In this document: positions 1 through 8,561 of the stretch, piece by piece
Numbering within the stretch: the first letter of the stretch is position 1
Layout: each line of letters begins with the position of its first letter
Assembly (NCBI GenBank): GCA_030665885.1
Contig: DAOUYY010000002.1
Span: 5,537 to 37,536 of the forward strand
Direction of reading: 5' to 3'
From: Fidelibacterota bacterium
GTDB taxonomy: Bacteria > Fidelibacterota > UBA2242
Length of the DNA: 32,000 nucleotides
The notes under the pieces: generated by a model
Database searches by the model: none
Told to the model about the DNA's origin: nothing
Seen by the model: only the letters and a program-made list of their open reading frames with translations
Program-made: the position numbers and the translations under genes

Positions 1-247
1 ACCTGAATAGTGTAACGACTAAAAGCAAACCCGGAAAAACAGAAAAATCAAGTGGACTAAGGACATATAACCCCACAAACATCATTACCAGAGCGCCAGT
101 GATACTCATCACTAAAAAGACGTCCAGCAAAAATGTTGGCAATGGCACGATCATCATACCAATAATCAGCACAATAGCTACCGCCAGTATGATATTACTA
201 CTGTTAGAAAATTTAGATTGTATTAATGTGTTTTTCTTTTCAGTCAT
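1..247 (-). CDS. flhA: Flagellar export gate protein FlhA, N-terminal 82 codons; the gene runs off the window start
   Basis: The reverse complement of 247..1 reads MTEKKNTLIQSKFSNSSNIILAVAIVLIIGMMIVPLPTFLLDVFLVMSITGALVMMFVGLYVLSPLDFSVFPGLLLVVTLFR. This matches the conserved FlhA N-terminal TM region (PLP..LLD, PLDFSVFP, TLFR). It lies directly after flhB. It is absent from the ORF track because the window edge truncates it. Confidence 0.85.
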   Translation of the reverse strand, partial: MTEKKNTLIQSKFSNSSNIILAVAIVLIIGMMIVPLPTFLLDVFLVMSITGALVMMFVGLYVLSPLDFSVFPGLLLVVTLFR

Positions 248-257
248 GCAAACAGTA

Positions 258-1349
258 CTAAGTTATCGGGATTAATTTTTGGTTTATCTTATAGACCTGC
301 GCTAAAATTTCCGCCACTGCTTGATAAAGTGCCATAGATATTTCCATACCAACTTCTGTTGTATCAAAAAGACTTTTTGCAAGAGGTTTATTCTCTATGA
401 TAGGAATATTATTTAGTGAAGCAATTTCTCTGATCTTTTCGGCAATTTTTCTCTTGCCTTTTGCAACTACAACCGGCGCATCGGTATTTTTCATTGGCTC
501 ATATTTAATGGCAACAGCGATGAAAATTGGGTTAGTTACAACAACCGTAGCATCGGGAACAGCAGACATCATGCGTCTTCTGGCAACCTGAAGTTGAATG
601 GATCTAATCCTTCCTTTTAATTCGGGACTTCCCTCATACTGCTTCCGTTCGTCCTTTACCTCCTGTTTGCTCATTTTTATTTTCTTTTCATGCTGCCATT
701 TTTGATAAGCAAAGTCTGCAATTCCAAGAACAAGAAGAACTGCACCGACTTTGACACTGAGTTCAAAGAGTAGCTTACCAAAAAAAACCAACGTTTCTGC
801 TACAGTAACATTATATAGTATCCAAAATTCATTAAGCTCAAGATGTTTCTTTAACACTGAATATGCGATAAAACCCACAATGATAAATTTTAATATTCCT
901 TTTACTAACTCAACAAGTGAGCTAAGAGAAAATATCTTTTTAATTCCTTGAATTGGATTGAGTGCACTAAATTTTGGTTTGAGAGCCTTTTTTGCGAATA
1001 TAATCTTAAAATTATCCTGAGCAAGGTTTATTACAATGCTGGCGGACATTATGAAAAGCGGAATAGGAGCCAATATTGGTATAATATATTTTATCGTGAA
1101 ACTAATTTGCATGGGAAGTGAAGTTGTAGATATTGAAATAAACGATGCCTCACTGTAAACATGGATAATAAACTTGGTTATATTTCCCATAATATTATCT
1201 GAATTAAAATAAAATGCTAAAACTCCGGCAAATAAAACTGTGACAGAAATAAGATCCTGACTTTTTGGGATCTGTCCTTTTTCTCTCTCTTTCTCCCGCC
1301 GCCTTGGAGTCGCTTTTTCAGTTCTATCCTGTGCTGATTGCTCCGCCAC
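258..1349 (-). CDS. flhB: Flagellar export switch protein FlhB
   Basis: 363 aa. The N-terminus MAEQSAQDRTEKATPRRREKEREKGQIPKSQDL is the classic FlhB/YscU start. It has four TM segments and a C-terminal domain with the autocleavage-site region VVVTNPIFIAVAIKY. It sits between fliR and flhA. Confidence 0.95.
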   Translation of the reverse strand: MAEQSAQDRTEKATPRRREKEREKGQIPKSQDLISVTVLFAGVLAFYFNSDNIMGNITKFIIHVYSEASFISISTTSLPMQISFTIKYIIPILAPIPLFIMSASIVINLAQDNFKIIFAKKALKPKFSALNPIQGIKKIFSLSSLVELVKGILKFIIVGFIAYSVLKKHLELNEFWILYNVTVAETLVFFGKLLFELSVKVGAVLLVLGIADFAYQKWQHEKKIKMSKQEVKDERKQYEGSPELKGRIRSIQLQVARRRMMSAVPDATVVVTNPIFIAVAIKYEPMKNTDAPVVVAKGKRKIAEKIREIASLNNIPIIENKPLAKSLFDTTEVGMEISMALYQAVAEILAQVYKINQKLIPIT

Positions 1350-1352
1350 TTT

Positions 1353-2138
1353 TTAAGCACCCTTTAGTTGTAATACGATCCTACCTAAAAAATTCACAAG
1401 ATCACTATAAACAGAATCGAATAATAGTTGAAAAATATTTAACGAAGCTATTAGGGCAAAAATACCGCAGCCTATTCTAAGAGGAAGTGACACGAAAAAC
1501 GCATTCATCTGCGGCATCACACGAACAGTAAGTGCAACAGCTGCCTCGACCAATAGTAAAAATATCATTGTAGGAACAGCAAAACGAAATGCTATATTGA
1601 AAGCCATTGAACCACTATAGGCAATACTCTGTCCTAATTCCGGCGTAAATGTCCCTCCTCCTAATGGGATCAATTTGAAATTCTTAAACAAAGTCTCAAT
1701 AAATAAGTGATGCCCATCGGCAACAACAAAATAGGTAACCATTAGAAACATCCAAAACTGACCGACAATCGGCACCTGTTGAAAACTATTTGGATCCATT
1801 ACGTTTGCCATAGCGAGTCCCATTTGCCTTCCAACAAAACCACCCGCCATAATAAATGCTTCAAAAATAACTTGTGCACCAAACCCAATTATCAAACCAA
1901 TAAGTAGCTCTCTGGAAACATCGAATATAAGTTCGGGAAAAGAATTTATAGACAATGAATAAGTATCTACCATAGGAAAAATAATGAGAGTAAGAATGAA
2001 AATAAATAGGACACGAACTTTCGGATTGATTACAGGAGACCCAATAATCGGTAAAGTTAAAATCATTCCAGAGATTCGAACGAAGACCAGCATATACCCG
2101 GGTACATTTTTACTCAATATATCAATAAATTCAAACAT
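1353..2138 (-). CDS. fliR: Flagellar export apparatus protein FliR
   Basis: 261-aa polytopic membrane ORF with the FliR-type motif AGGFVGRQMGLAMANVMDP. Canonical position between fliQ and flhB. Confidence 0.9.
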   Translation of the reverse strand: MFEFIDILSKNVPGYMLVFVRISGMILTLPIIGSPVINPKVRVLFIFILTLIIFPMVDTYSLSINSFPELIFDVSRELLIGLIIGFGAQVIFEAFIMAGGFVGRQMGLAMANVMDPNSFQQVPIVGQFWMFLMVTYFVVADGHHLFIETLFKNFKLIPLGGGTFTPELGQSIAYSGSMAFNIAFRFAVPTMIFLLLVEAAVALTVRVMPQMNAFFVSLPLRIGCGIFALIASLNIFQLLFDSVYSDLVNFLGRIVLQLKGA

Positions 2139-2140
2139 GT

Positions 2141-2410
2141 TTATTTACCTACCATCAGTATCTGGTCAAAGATTTCATAAGTGAAACTTGTCAGTATATC
2201 CAGAAACCATGGAATTAGCAATATTATCACAAGACCGACAAAAGCCATTTTAGGAATAAACGTCAGGGTCATTTCACGGATTGAAGTAATCGTCTGAAAA
2301 AGTGACACAGCTATTCCAACAATAAGTCCAGTCCCCAAAATAGGCACAAGAATGAATGCAGCTGTCTTTAACGCTTCTCTGCTAATAAATATAACGTAAT
2401 CAACATTCAT
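2141..2410 (-). CDS. fliQ: Flagellar export apparatus protein FliQ
   Basis: 89 aa with two TM segments. VSLFQTITSIREMTLTFIPKM matches the FliQ signature (FQa.TqiqEqTL.fvPK). It lies between fliP and fliR. Confidence 0.92.
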   Translation of the reverse strand: MNVDYVIFISREALKTAAFILVPILGTGLIVGIAVSLFQTITSIREMTLTFIPKMAFVGLVIILLIPWFLDILTSFTYEIFDQILMVGK

Positions 2411-2412
2411 AG

Positions 2413-3165
2413 TTACATAAATCCCTTTACTAATGATTCAACGATGAGATACCATCCGTCTACTAAAACAAATAGCAAAATTTTGAGCGGCATTGAGATC
2501 ATAATTGGTGGTAACATCATCATTCCCATTGAAAGAAGAACACTAGCCACAATTATATCAATAACTAACATTGGAAGATAGAGAAGAAACCCAATCTGAA
2601 ATGCAGTCTTGAATTCACTAATAATGAAAGATGGAATAACTGTAGATAAAGGAAGATCATTAACAGATATCGGCTTTTCTGACCCGCTTAAATCAATAAA
2701 CAGTTGCAGATCCTTTTCACGGGTCTGCTTTAGCAGAAATGCTTTAATGGGTTTACCCGCTCTCTCTAAAGCCTCGGTTTGCTCAATTTCTTCATGAATA
2801 TAAGGTTGTAATGCGTCCTCGTTGATATTATTAAATACAGGTCTCATAATGAAAAAGGTTATAAATAAAGATAATCCCACTAAGATTTGATTTGATGGTA
2901 CGGACTGTGTTGCAAGAGCCGATCTTAAAAAGTGAAAAACAATCACCAGCCTCGTAAATGAAGTCATCATTATCAATATAGAAGGGGCTAAAGACAATGT
3001 CGTGAGGAGGAAAACGATTTTCATTGTTAAAACAAAATCCGAAGGATCACTAGATTTTTCAAGCCCTAATGAGATCTTCGGAAATTGAGACTGTGCCGAA
3101 GCAAGATTAGGTATCAGCACCAGTAATAATACTATAAAGGGTAATATTTTCTTTATATTTTTCAC
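2413..3165 (-). CDS. fliP: Flagellar export apparatus protein FliP
   Basis: 250 aa with a signal peptide. FTRLVIVFHFLRSALATQSVPSNQILVGLSLFITFFIMRPV and FKTAFQIGFLLYLPMLVIDIIVASVLLSMGMMMLPP are FliP signature blocks. Confidence 0.95.
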   Translation of the reverse strand: MKNIKKILPFIVLLLVLIPNLASAQSQFPKISLGLEKSSDPSDFVLTMKIVFLLTTLSLAPSILIMMTSFTRLVIVFHFLRSALATQSVPSNQILVGLSLFITFFIMRPVFNNINEDALQPYIHEEIEQTEALERAGKPIKAFLLKQTREKDLQLFIDLSGSEKPISVNDLPLSTVIPSFIISEFKTAFQIGFLLYLPMLVIDIIVASVLLSMGMMMLPPIMISMPLKILLFVLVDGWYLIVESLVKGFM

Positions 3166-3175
3166 TTAATCTTAT

Positions 3176-3718
3176 TTATCTCTTTTTTTGATCCTTATTT
3201 TTGACCTTTACCCTTTTCAATATTCTCGAAAATTGATCGTCCGTTTGCGATGTGTTTGCTTCATCAAAATTTTCATTAGAATTACCGTCTTCATATTCTG
3301 CAATCAGATTGACTGAATTATCTGAAACACCCAAAAGAAGCCTCTGTCCGCACACACTCACCATCAGTAAATAATGTTTGGAATCGATATATTTCCTGCC
3401 AACGATATCCATTTTTATTCTACCAGATATTTCCGATCTATGTCGCCTTTTATACAATTTTGCACCTAAAACGAACAGAATGATAATGGCACATGTTATT
3501 ATAATAGTCTTGATGACAAACCTGGGATAGTTAGATTCAAAAGTCGTTTCTACTTTCTTCTCTTTTGAATCAGGCGGATTTCCTTGATTCGGTTCCGAAA
3601 TTCTGGAAAAAGAAGAAATCGTCATTATTATACCCATCACCGCAATAAATACGAAGACTAACGCTAATACGTATGATTTCCTTGATGGTACTAAAGGAGA
3701 ATTTTGTTTAAAGATCAT
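3176..3718 (-). CDS. fliO: FliO/FliZ-type flagellar biosynthesis protein
   Basis: 180 aa with two hydrophobic segments. The C-terminal block IVGRKYIDSKHYLLMVSVCGQRLLLGVSDNSVNLI resembles the FliO domain. Canonical position between fliN and fliP. Its start overlaps the fliN stop by 4 nt. Confidence 0.75.
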   Translation of the reverse strand: MIFKQNSPLVPSRKSYVLALVFVFIAVMGIIMTISSFSRISEPNQGNPPDSKEKKVETTFESNYPRFVIKTIIITCAIIILFVLGAKLYKRRHRSEISGRIKMDIVGRKYIDSKHYLLMVSVCGQRLLLGVSDNSVNLIAEYEDGNSNENFDEANTSQTDDQFSRILKRVKVKNKDQKKR

Positions 3719-4644
3719 TGCAAACTTTTTATTCTTTCCTTCGGCCCTATTAATTGTGTAATCCTGATTCCAAAGTGATCGTCTATTACTACTACTTCTC
3801 CTTCGGCAAACTTACGTCCACTGATAAAAATTTCTAGATTCTCACCTGCAGCCTTATCAAGTTCAATAATCGATCCTTTCCCCAGCTTTAAAATATCCCT
3901 AATCTGCATCCTCTTTCTTCCCAACTCAGCAATGGATTCCAGCTCTACATCCATTAATAAATTCATATTCCGGGGACCACCATTTCCTTTTACATTATGA
4001 CTATCTGTGAAAGATTGAATTTCAGCTGGATGGACATCTACCAGATTATCTTCCCTGTCTTCGTTTTCGACAGTAGAAACAATTTCTTGATTTCCCTCAT
4101 CGGATAACTCATTCTCTGAAGCTGTGTACCACAAATAATGCTGTACTTGAAAAGACTCTTTCTTTACAGTAACAGAATAAATAACGTACAATCCTTCCTG
4201 AGACTGAAAAGTAGATACCGCATCTTTCTCCGATTCTATAAGTACAATTTTCATCTCTTCAACATTGAAATGGGTACTTTCACTATCGAGACTTGCCTGC
4301 AATTGACCAAATATCTGATTTGCTCCCTCCTGGAGACCTTTCATTTGTTCTTCACTGAAACTTTCTTCCGGCTCAGCACCTATCATCCACGCATATAGAT
4401 TCCTTGCTAGTTCAATTGGTAGAGATATTATGTGTTTATATTCCCCATTTCCAGTTGTTAAAAATTGTATGTGAACACGTGGATATTGATCTCCCGAAAT
4501 GAGAGATATTGCATCTGTTTCTTCGGAAATCTCCATTTTCACAATGAATTTTCTTCCAAAGAGTTGTTTTAGTGCCTCATTAACTGGGGGAAGCAATTCC
4601 TCAAATTTCGTTGTAAACTGTGATTTTAATTGTTCAATTTTCAT
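3715..4644 (-). CDS. fliN: Flagellar motor switch protein FliN with a long FliY-like N-terminal extension
   Basis: 309 aa. The C-terminal SpoA/FliN domain reads LLMDVELESIAELGRKRMQIRDILKLGKGSIIELDKAAGENLEIFISGRKFAEGEVVVIDDHFGIRITQLI. The roughly 200-aa N-terminal part looks CheC/FliM-middle-like but lacks an intact phosphatase motif. The gene overlaps the fliM stop. Confidence 0.9.
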   Translation of the reverse strand: MKIEQLKSQFTTKFEELLPPVNEALKQLFGRKFIVKMEISEETDAISLISGDQYPRVHIQFLTTGNGEYKHIISLPIELARNLYAWMIGAEPEESFSEEQMKGLQEGANQIFGQLQASLDSESTHFNVEEMKIVLIESEKDAVSTFQSQEGLYVIYSVTVKKESFQVQHYLWYTASENELSDEGNQEIVSTVENEDREDNLVDVHPAEIQSFTDSHNVKGNGGPRNMNLLMDVELESIAELGRKRMQIRDILKLGKGSIIELDKAAGENLEIFISGRKFAEGEVVVIDDHFGIRITQLIGPKERIKSLQ

Positions 4645-5626
4645 TACCTTCTTCTCCTTTTATAGCCGAAACAATCTTAAATGCATAATTTTCCCCCTTA
4701 CTGCCAAGCATTGCATTGAACAAACGGCGATTATTAGCGTATATAGATATCTTACTATTAGTTTTTGTGTTTAATCGAATAACATCACCCACCTTCAGAT
4801 TAATAAAGTCTTTAACTGGAATAAAACTCTTGCCTAAAACAGCACGAAGTTCAACTGGAATTAATTCCATATTCATTTCAATAAGATTTTTCTCATCTTT
4901 TGACATCTTTTGTGCCCCAAATAAAATTCTCTCCTGTATTTCCGGATTTGAAATAACATCGGATATCCATATATATGGATAACAAATGTTCATTATTGAG
5001 GTGCGCCCACGAATATTAATCTCAATTGATACCACAATTACCGGCTCTGAAGTTGAAACGATCTGCACAAACTCGGGATTACTCTCAAACCGTGTAAACG
5101 AACACTTAAAGTCCTTCACCGATGCCCAATTTTGGGATATTTCTTCCGCAATTCGATCTACCACCCGCTTCATTATTTTTCGTTCTATAATTGAAACCGG
5201 TCTATTACTAGATATAAAATCACCCTTACCACCGAAAAGCTTTTCGACGACCATTATAACAAGTTGTGGGTTAATCTCGAGGATGATCTGAGAATAAGGG
5301 TTATCAATACTTCCAACATATATTGCCCCAGGCGAAGTAATTGACATTACGAATTCCGAGTACATAATTTGATCAACCGCGAGTAAGTGCATATCTACAA
5401 TCATTCGCAATTGGGCAGAGAGAAAAACTCCAAATTTCCTCGCCAAGCCTTCATGAATATTTTCCAAAAGACGCATTTGCTCTTTTGAAATAAGATTTGG
5501 TCGCCTGAAATCATACAACAATACCTTCTTTTGGGACTTCTCCAGAGTCTCGGATTCAGACTCTTTACCTGTGACGACACTCGTTAATAAAGCATCGATT
5601 TCTTCTTGGGATAATACCTTACTCAT
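4634..5626 (-). CDS. fliM: Flagellar motor switch protein FliM
   Basis: 330 aa. The N-terminal MSKVLSQEEIDALL is the CheY-P binding LSQxEIDALL motif. The middle CheC-like domain and C-terminal SpoA-like region (VGDVIRLNTK) are present. Confidence 0.95.
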   Translation of the reverse strand: MSKVLSQEEIDALLTSVVTGKESESETLEKSQKKVLLYDFRRPNLISKEQMRLLENIHEGLARKFGVFLSAQLRMIVDMHLLAVDQIMYSEFVMSITSPGAIYVGSIDNPYSQIILEINPQLVIMVVEKLFGGKGDFISSNRPVSIIERKIMKRVVDRIAEEISQNWASVKDFKCSFTRFESNPEFVQIVSTSEPVIVVSIEINIRGRTSIMNICYPYIWISDVISNPEIQERILFGAQKMSKDEKNLIEMNMELIPVELRAVLGKSFIPVKDFINLKVGDVIRLNTKTNSKISIYANNRRLFNAMLGSKGENYAFKIVSAIKGEEGNEN

Positions 5627-5664
5627 AATAAATACTCTTCCCGACTTTCAGATACTTATTTTAT

Positions 5665-6210
5665 CTATTGAAGAATAAGTCTTACATAATAGAGACTGTC
5701 AATTACACCGCTATTAAGATGCTCATTTACAATTTTAATAAGCTCTGATCTCGACTCTTCTTGAAATGAAATATTTGATATTTCATTAGCAGTGTGAGAT
5801 CGGAAATACTCGATAAACATATCCCTAAATTGTGGTTCCCTTGCCTCTATTTCTTTAATGACATCCTTTTCCTTAGATTCAAGTGTTAACTCAGCTGCAA
5901 CAATTCGATATCCACTCGAGCTAAGTGTATTGACTGTCAGATCATCTATTACGTAAACTAAGCCCATTTCCGGTATTTTGTCTTCTTCAGCTAATACCTT
6001 CTCCTTAATCTGTTTGTTAATCTGATACTTTCGAGATAATGGTAAAAGAACGTATTTTGTCAATCCAAACGCTCCTAATAAAATGACAACAAATACTACA
6101 GGAAATATCGATATAAGTTTGATGGGATTTTTTTTTCTAACCGTGCCATCATCTTTTTTAACCTCTTTCTCTTTAGTTTTTTCTTCTTCATTTTCTTTTT
6201 TATCTGCCAT
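5665..6210 (-). CDS. fliL: Flagellar basal-body-associated protein FliL
   Basis: 181 aa. It has a charged K/E-rich N-terminus, a single TM segment and a C-terminal FliL-like domain. It lies immediately upstream of fliM. An AAGGGG Shine-Dalgarno sits 4-5 nt before the ATG. Confidence 0.85.
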   Translation of the reverse strand: MADKKENEEEKTKEKEVKKDDGTVRKKNPIKLISIFPVVFVVILLGAFGLTKYVLLPLSRKYQINKQIKEKVLAEEDKIPEMGLVYVIDDLTVNTLSSSGYRIVAAELTLESKEKDVIKEIEAREPQFRDMFIEYFRSHTANEISNISFQEESRSELIKIVNEHLNSGVIDSLYYVRLILQ

Positions 6211-6307
6211 TTTTCCCCTTTTAAGTAAAAAGTTGATTTCCTAAATATGACATTTTCTTATTTATACGGTAATATGGTACATTCAAACTCAATTTTACCT
6301 GTATAAT

Positions 6308-6323
6308 CTCAAAATTTATGCCA
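6308..6323 (-). promoter_or_regulatory. Sigma-54-like -24/-12 promoter element upstream of fliL
   Basis: The minus strand reads TGGCATAAATTTTGAG (TGGCAT-N5-TTGA), 98 nt upstream of the fliL ATG. The same TGGCAT-N5-TTGA architecture occurs at 20505..20520 and 27656..27671. The -12 reads TTGA rather than the consensus TTGC. Confidence 0.55.
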
Positions 6324-6646
6324 TAAGTACACTTCAATAACAAAACTATATGCTTAATATTTTTAAAGTAAAAATCGTGAATGAATTGAAGACTCAAATA
6401 ATAAAAATTCTACCAAATTAAGGTATTGAAACTAATATAAAACTTATAGGTTCATTCTGAATGATTTTAAAATATAAACATCTGATTTTCAATAAGTTAT
6501 GAAAATACAATATGAAAAATATTTTATTGGTTCTTAATAAACAATGTAAGGTGTTAAACAGACAAACAATTTTTTAGAAGTGGTGAATATTTTAAAGATT
6601 TCTAATAAAATTGCTCATCTTTTATAATAGACACAAATAACAGACA

Positions 6647-6659
6647 GGAAATAATTTCC
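6647..6659. promoter_or_regulatory. Perfect 13-bp palindrome GGAAATAATTTCC; candidate enhancer (UAS) for the fliL promoter
   Basis: GGAAAT-A-ATTTCC is perfectly dyad-symmetric. It lies 323 nt upstream of the sigma-54-like element. Near-identical palindromes occur at 20670..20682 and 27816..27828, all in intergenic DNA. A 1-nt centre rules out an RNA hairpin, so a dimeric protein site is more likely. Confidence 0.55.
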
Positions 6660-6991
6660 ACTACTTTCTCTCTTTTTCCTATTTAGTCGTTTTTCGTAAT
6701 GATATTTGCTCATTTACTACTAATCTGTTCTTGCACTTCTCAGGTTCTTTATGACACAGACAAAATACATAAAATTCCTTGTCTATTTAATTAGAGCCTG
6801 TCTATAATGTCGGTTTTTTCGATAAATGGAAACTTGACTTATCCAGCAGTTGCCGGATGGGTTAAGTTGATTTATTTCAATGAGTTAGAAACTTTAAGTC
6901 AAGTCAGCTAAAGCAAACTTAACTCAAAGTTTCATAGTTTATAGACAGACACTAATTAATATTAAAAGAGTGAAATGTGTCTAATTTGGAA

Positions 6992-7684
6992 TCATTTCCA
7001 AGTAACTAAAAATTCAACCCGTCTATTTTTTTGTCTGTTTTCCATAGAATTATTTGGAACAAGAGGTCTATATTCAGAATATCCTACAGCAACAAAAACC
7101 TCAGGTGAAATATTTACAACATCAATTAGGTACTTGATGACACTAAGAGCTCTCGCTGTGGATAGCTCCCAGTTGGATTGGAATTTCCCTGAAGTGATAG
7201 GCAGGTCATCCGTATTTCCACAAACTAACACCTCATCAACATTTTGTTCTATGGTTTTTCCCACAATATCTAACAGAGGCATTGCCTCCGGTTTCAAATC
7301 TGCCTTCCCCAAGTTGAAAAGAACTCTATTACCCATCCGAACCAGCATTCCACTTTCTGTTTGCTCGATAGATATATCTTCCTCATATCCTAATTCTTCT
7401 GCGATTTGTTGCATTTCCATAAGCTTCTTTTGGATATCCAACCTCCTAAGCTTGTTATAATTAGATATACCCACTGATTTCTGACTTATAACAGACACAT
7501 TTTTATCGAAAACACTCAATGCCCCCTTCATAGAATATAGAGCCGCGTTAAACTTTACTTCATCAATTACGGAATACGATAATAACAGTATAAAAAAAGT
7601 TAACAGCAATGTAACCATGTCTCCATAAGTTGTCATCCATCCCGGAGATGATGGCATTTCAAGATCTTCTTTTTTTCTCTTCAT
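6992..7684 (-). CDS. motB: Flagellar stator protein MotB
   Basis: 230 aa. SSPGWMTTYGDMVTLLLTFFILLLS contains the conserved TM and channel Asp (YGDMVTLL). The C-terminal OmpA-like peptidoglycan-binding domain ends in NRQKNRRVEFLV. Confidence 0.93.
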   Translation of the reverse strand: MKRKKEDLEMPSSPGWMTTYGDMVTLLLTFFILLLSYSVIDEVKFNAALYSMKGALSVFDKNVSVISQKSVGISNYNKLRRLDIQKKLMEMQQIAEELGYEEDISIEQTESGMLVRMGNRVLFNLGKADLKPEAMPLLDIVGKTIEQNVDEVLVCGNTDDLPITSGKFQSNWELSTARALSVIKYLIDVVNISPEVFVAVGYSEYRPLVPNNSMENRQKNRRVEFLVTWK

Positions 7685-7707
7685 TTATAATTCACTATTC
7701 AGGATGT

Positions 7708-8481
7708 TTATTCTTCATTTGATTTATAAGAATTCCGCGTTTTCGGAGGAATAAAGTTTAAAAGCTTCCGGCTAATATTCTTAGGATGTTCACCATATTG
7801 TATTGCCAATACACCATCGATCATCATTTCCTTTATAGTAATCTCATGATCCGAGCGGTTTTTCAGTTTCCCGGCAATTGGGAGAAATAAGAGATTTGCG
7901 AGAACTGATCCATAAAACGTTGTAATCAACGCTACTGCCATCCCCGCACCAATATTTGAAGGATCATCAAGGGTTCTCAACATTGCAATAAGCCCCATTA
8001 ACGTTCCGATCATACCAAAGGCGGGAGAAAAAGTCCCCAGTGATAAAAATATTTGTTGACCTTTTTTATGGCGTTCAATTAGGTAGTTTAGTTCAACTTC
8101 CATTACATTCTTAATAGATTCTGGTTCAGCGCCATCCACTGCCATCTCAAGCCCTATCCGCATAAAATCATCATCTATTTTGTGTAGTTCTTTGTCTATA
8201 GCCAAGATTCCATCACGCCTCGATTTCATAGCTAAATTGATAAAAAGATCAATAATATTTGTTGCATCTATCTCATCACTCATAAATGCTTTTTTCACTA
8301 TACCTAAAACACTGATTACTTCTTTCAGTGGAAAATTCACTAAAATAGCGGCCATTGATCCACCTCCAACAATCATCATAGAAGGAATGTGGATGAAAAT
8401 TTCTAAATTGCCACCGCTTATTATGGTGTATAATATCAGTCCTAACCCGGACAGTATCCCAATAATTGTCGCAACATCCAT
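7708..8481 (-). CDS. motA: Flagellar stator protein MotA
   Basis: 257 aa with four TM segments. FSPAFGMIGTLMGLI and ALITTFYGSVLANLLFLPIAGKL are MotA/TolQ/ExbB signature blocks. It lies directly upstream of motB. Confidence 0.93.
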   Translation of the reverse strand: MDVATIIGILSGLGLILYTIISGGNLEIFIHIPSMMIVGGGSMAAILVNFPLKEVISVLGIVKKAFMSDEIDATNIIDLFINLAMKSRRDGILAIDKELHKIDDDFMRIGLEMAVDGAEPESIKNVMEVELNYLIERHKKGQQIFLSLGTFSPAFGMIGTLMGLIAMLRTLDDPSNIGAGMAVALITTFYGSVLANLLFLPIAGKLKNRSDHEITIKEMMIDGVLAIQYGEHPKNISRKLLNFIPPKTRNSYKSNEE

Positions 8482-8561
8482 TCTGCGATCCTATACTCGA
8501 TATGCGCTGTGGAGGTTAAAAACAGTGCAAGTGGTTGATGAACAGTTAAAATTGAATCCGA

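Noticed and set aside
6341-6348. TAGTTTTG (TAnnTTTG, Bacteroidetes-type -7 box) on the minus strand here and at 26674..26681 upstream of the REC remnant.
   Set aside because: There are only two instances, and neither has a properly spaced -33 TTTG. Genes in this window mostly use strong Shine-Dalgarno sites, which argues against assuming Bacteroidetes-style expression signals.
6841-6858. The hairpin ATCCAGCAGTTGCCGGAT about 135 nt downstream of motB, as its terminator.
   Set aside because: The stem is only about 7 bp including a G.U pair, and no U-tract follows on the minus strand. That is insufficient to annotate a terminator.
7926-7940. TGGCAG-TAGCG-TTGA on the minus strand inside motA, 242 nt upstream of motB, as a possible fourth sigma-54-like promoter.
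   Set aside because: It lies inside coding sequence and differs at position 6 (G rather than T). No GGAAAT-N-ATTTCC palindrome lies upstream. About 0.1 chance matches to the relaxed pattern are expected per strand in 32 kb.
8482-8561. A search for a sigma-28 (TAAA-N15-GCCGATAA) or sigma-54 promoter directly upstream of motA and in the other spacers.
   Set aside because: I could not find a convincing match by eye, so the motA promoter remains unassigned rather than called.
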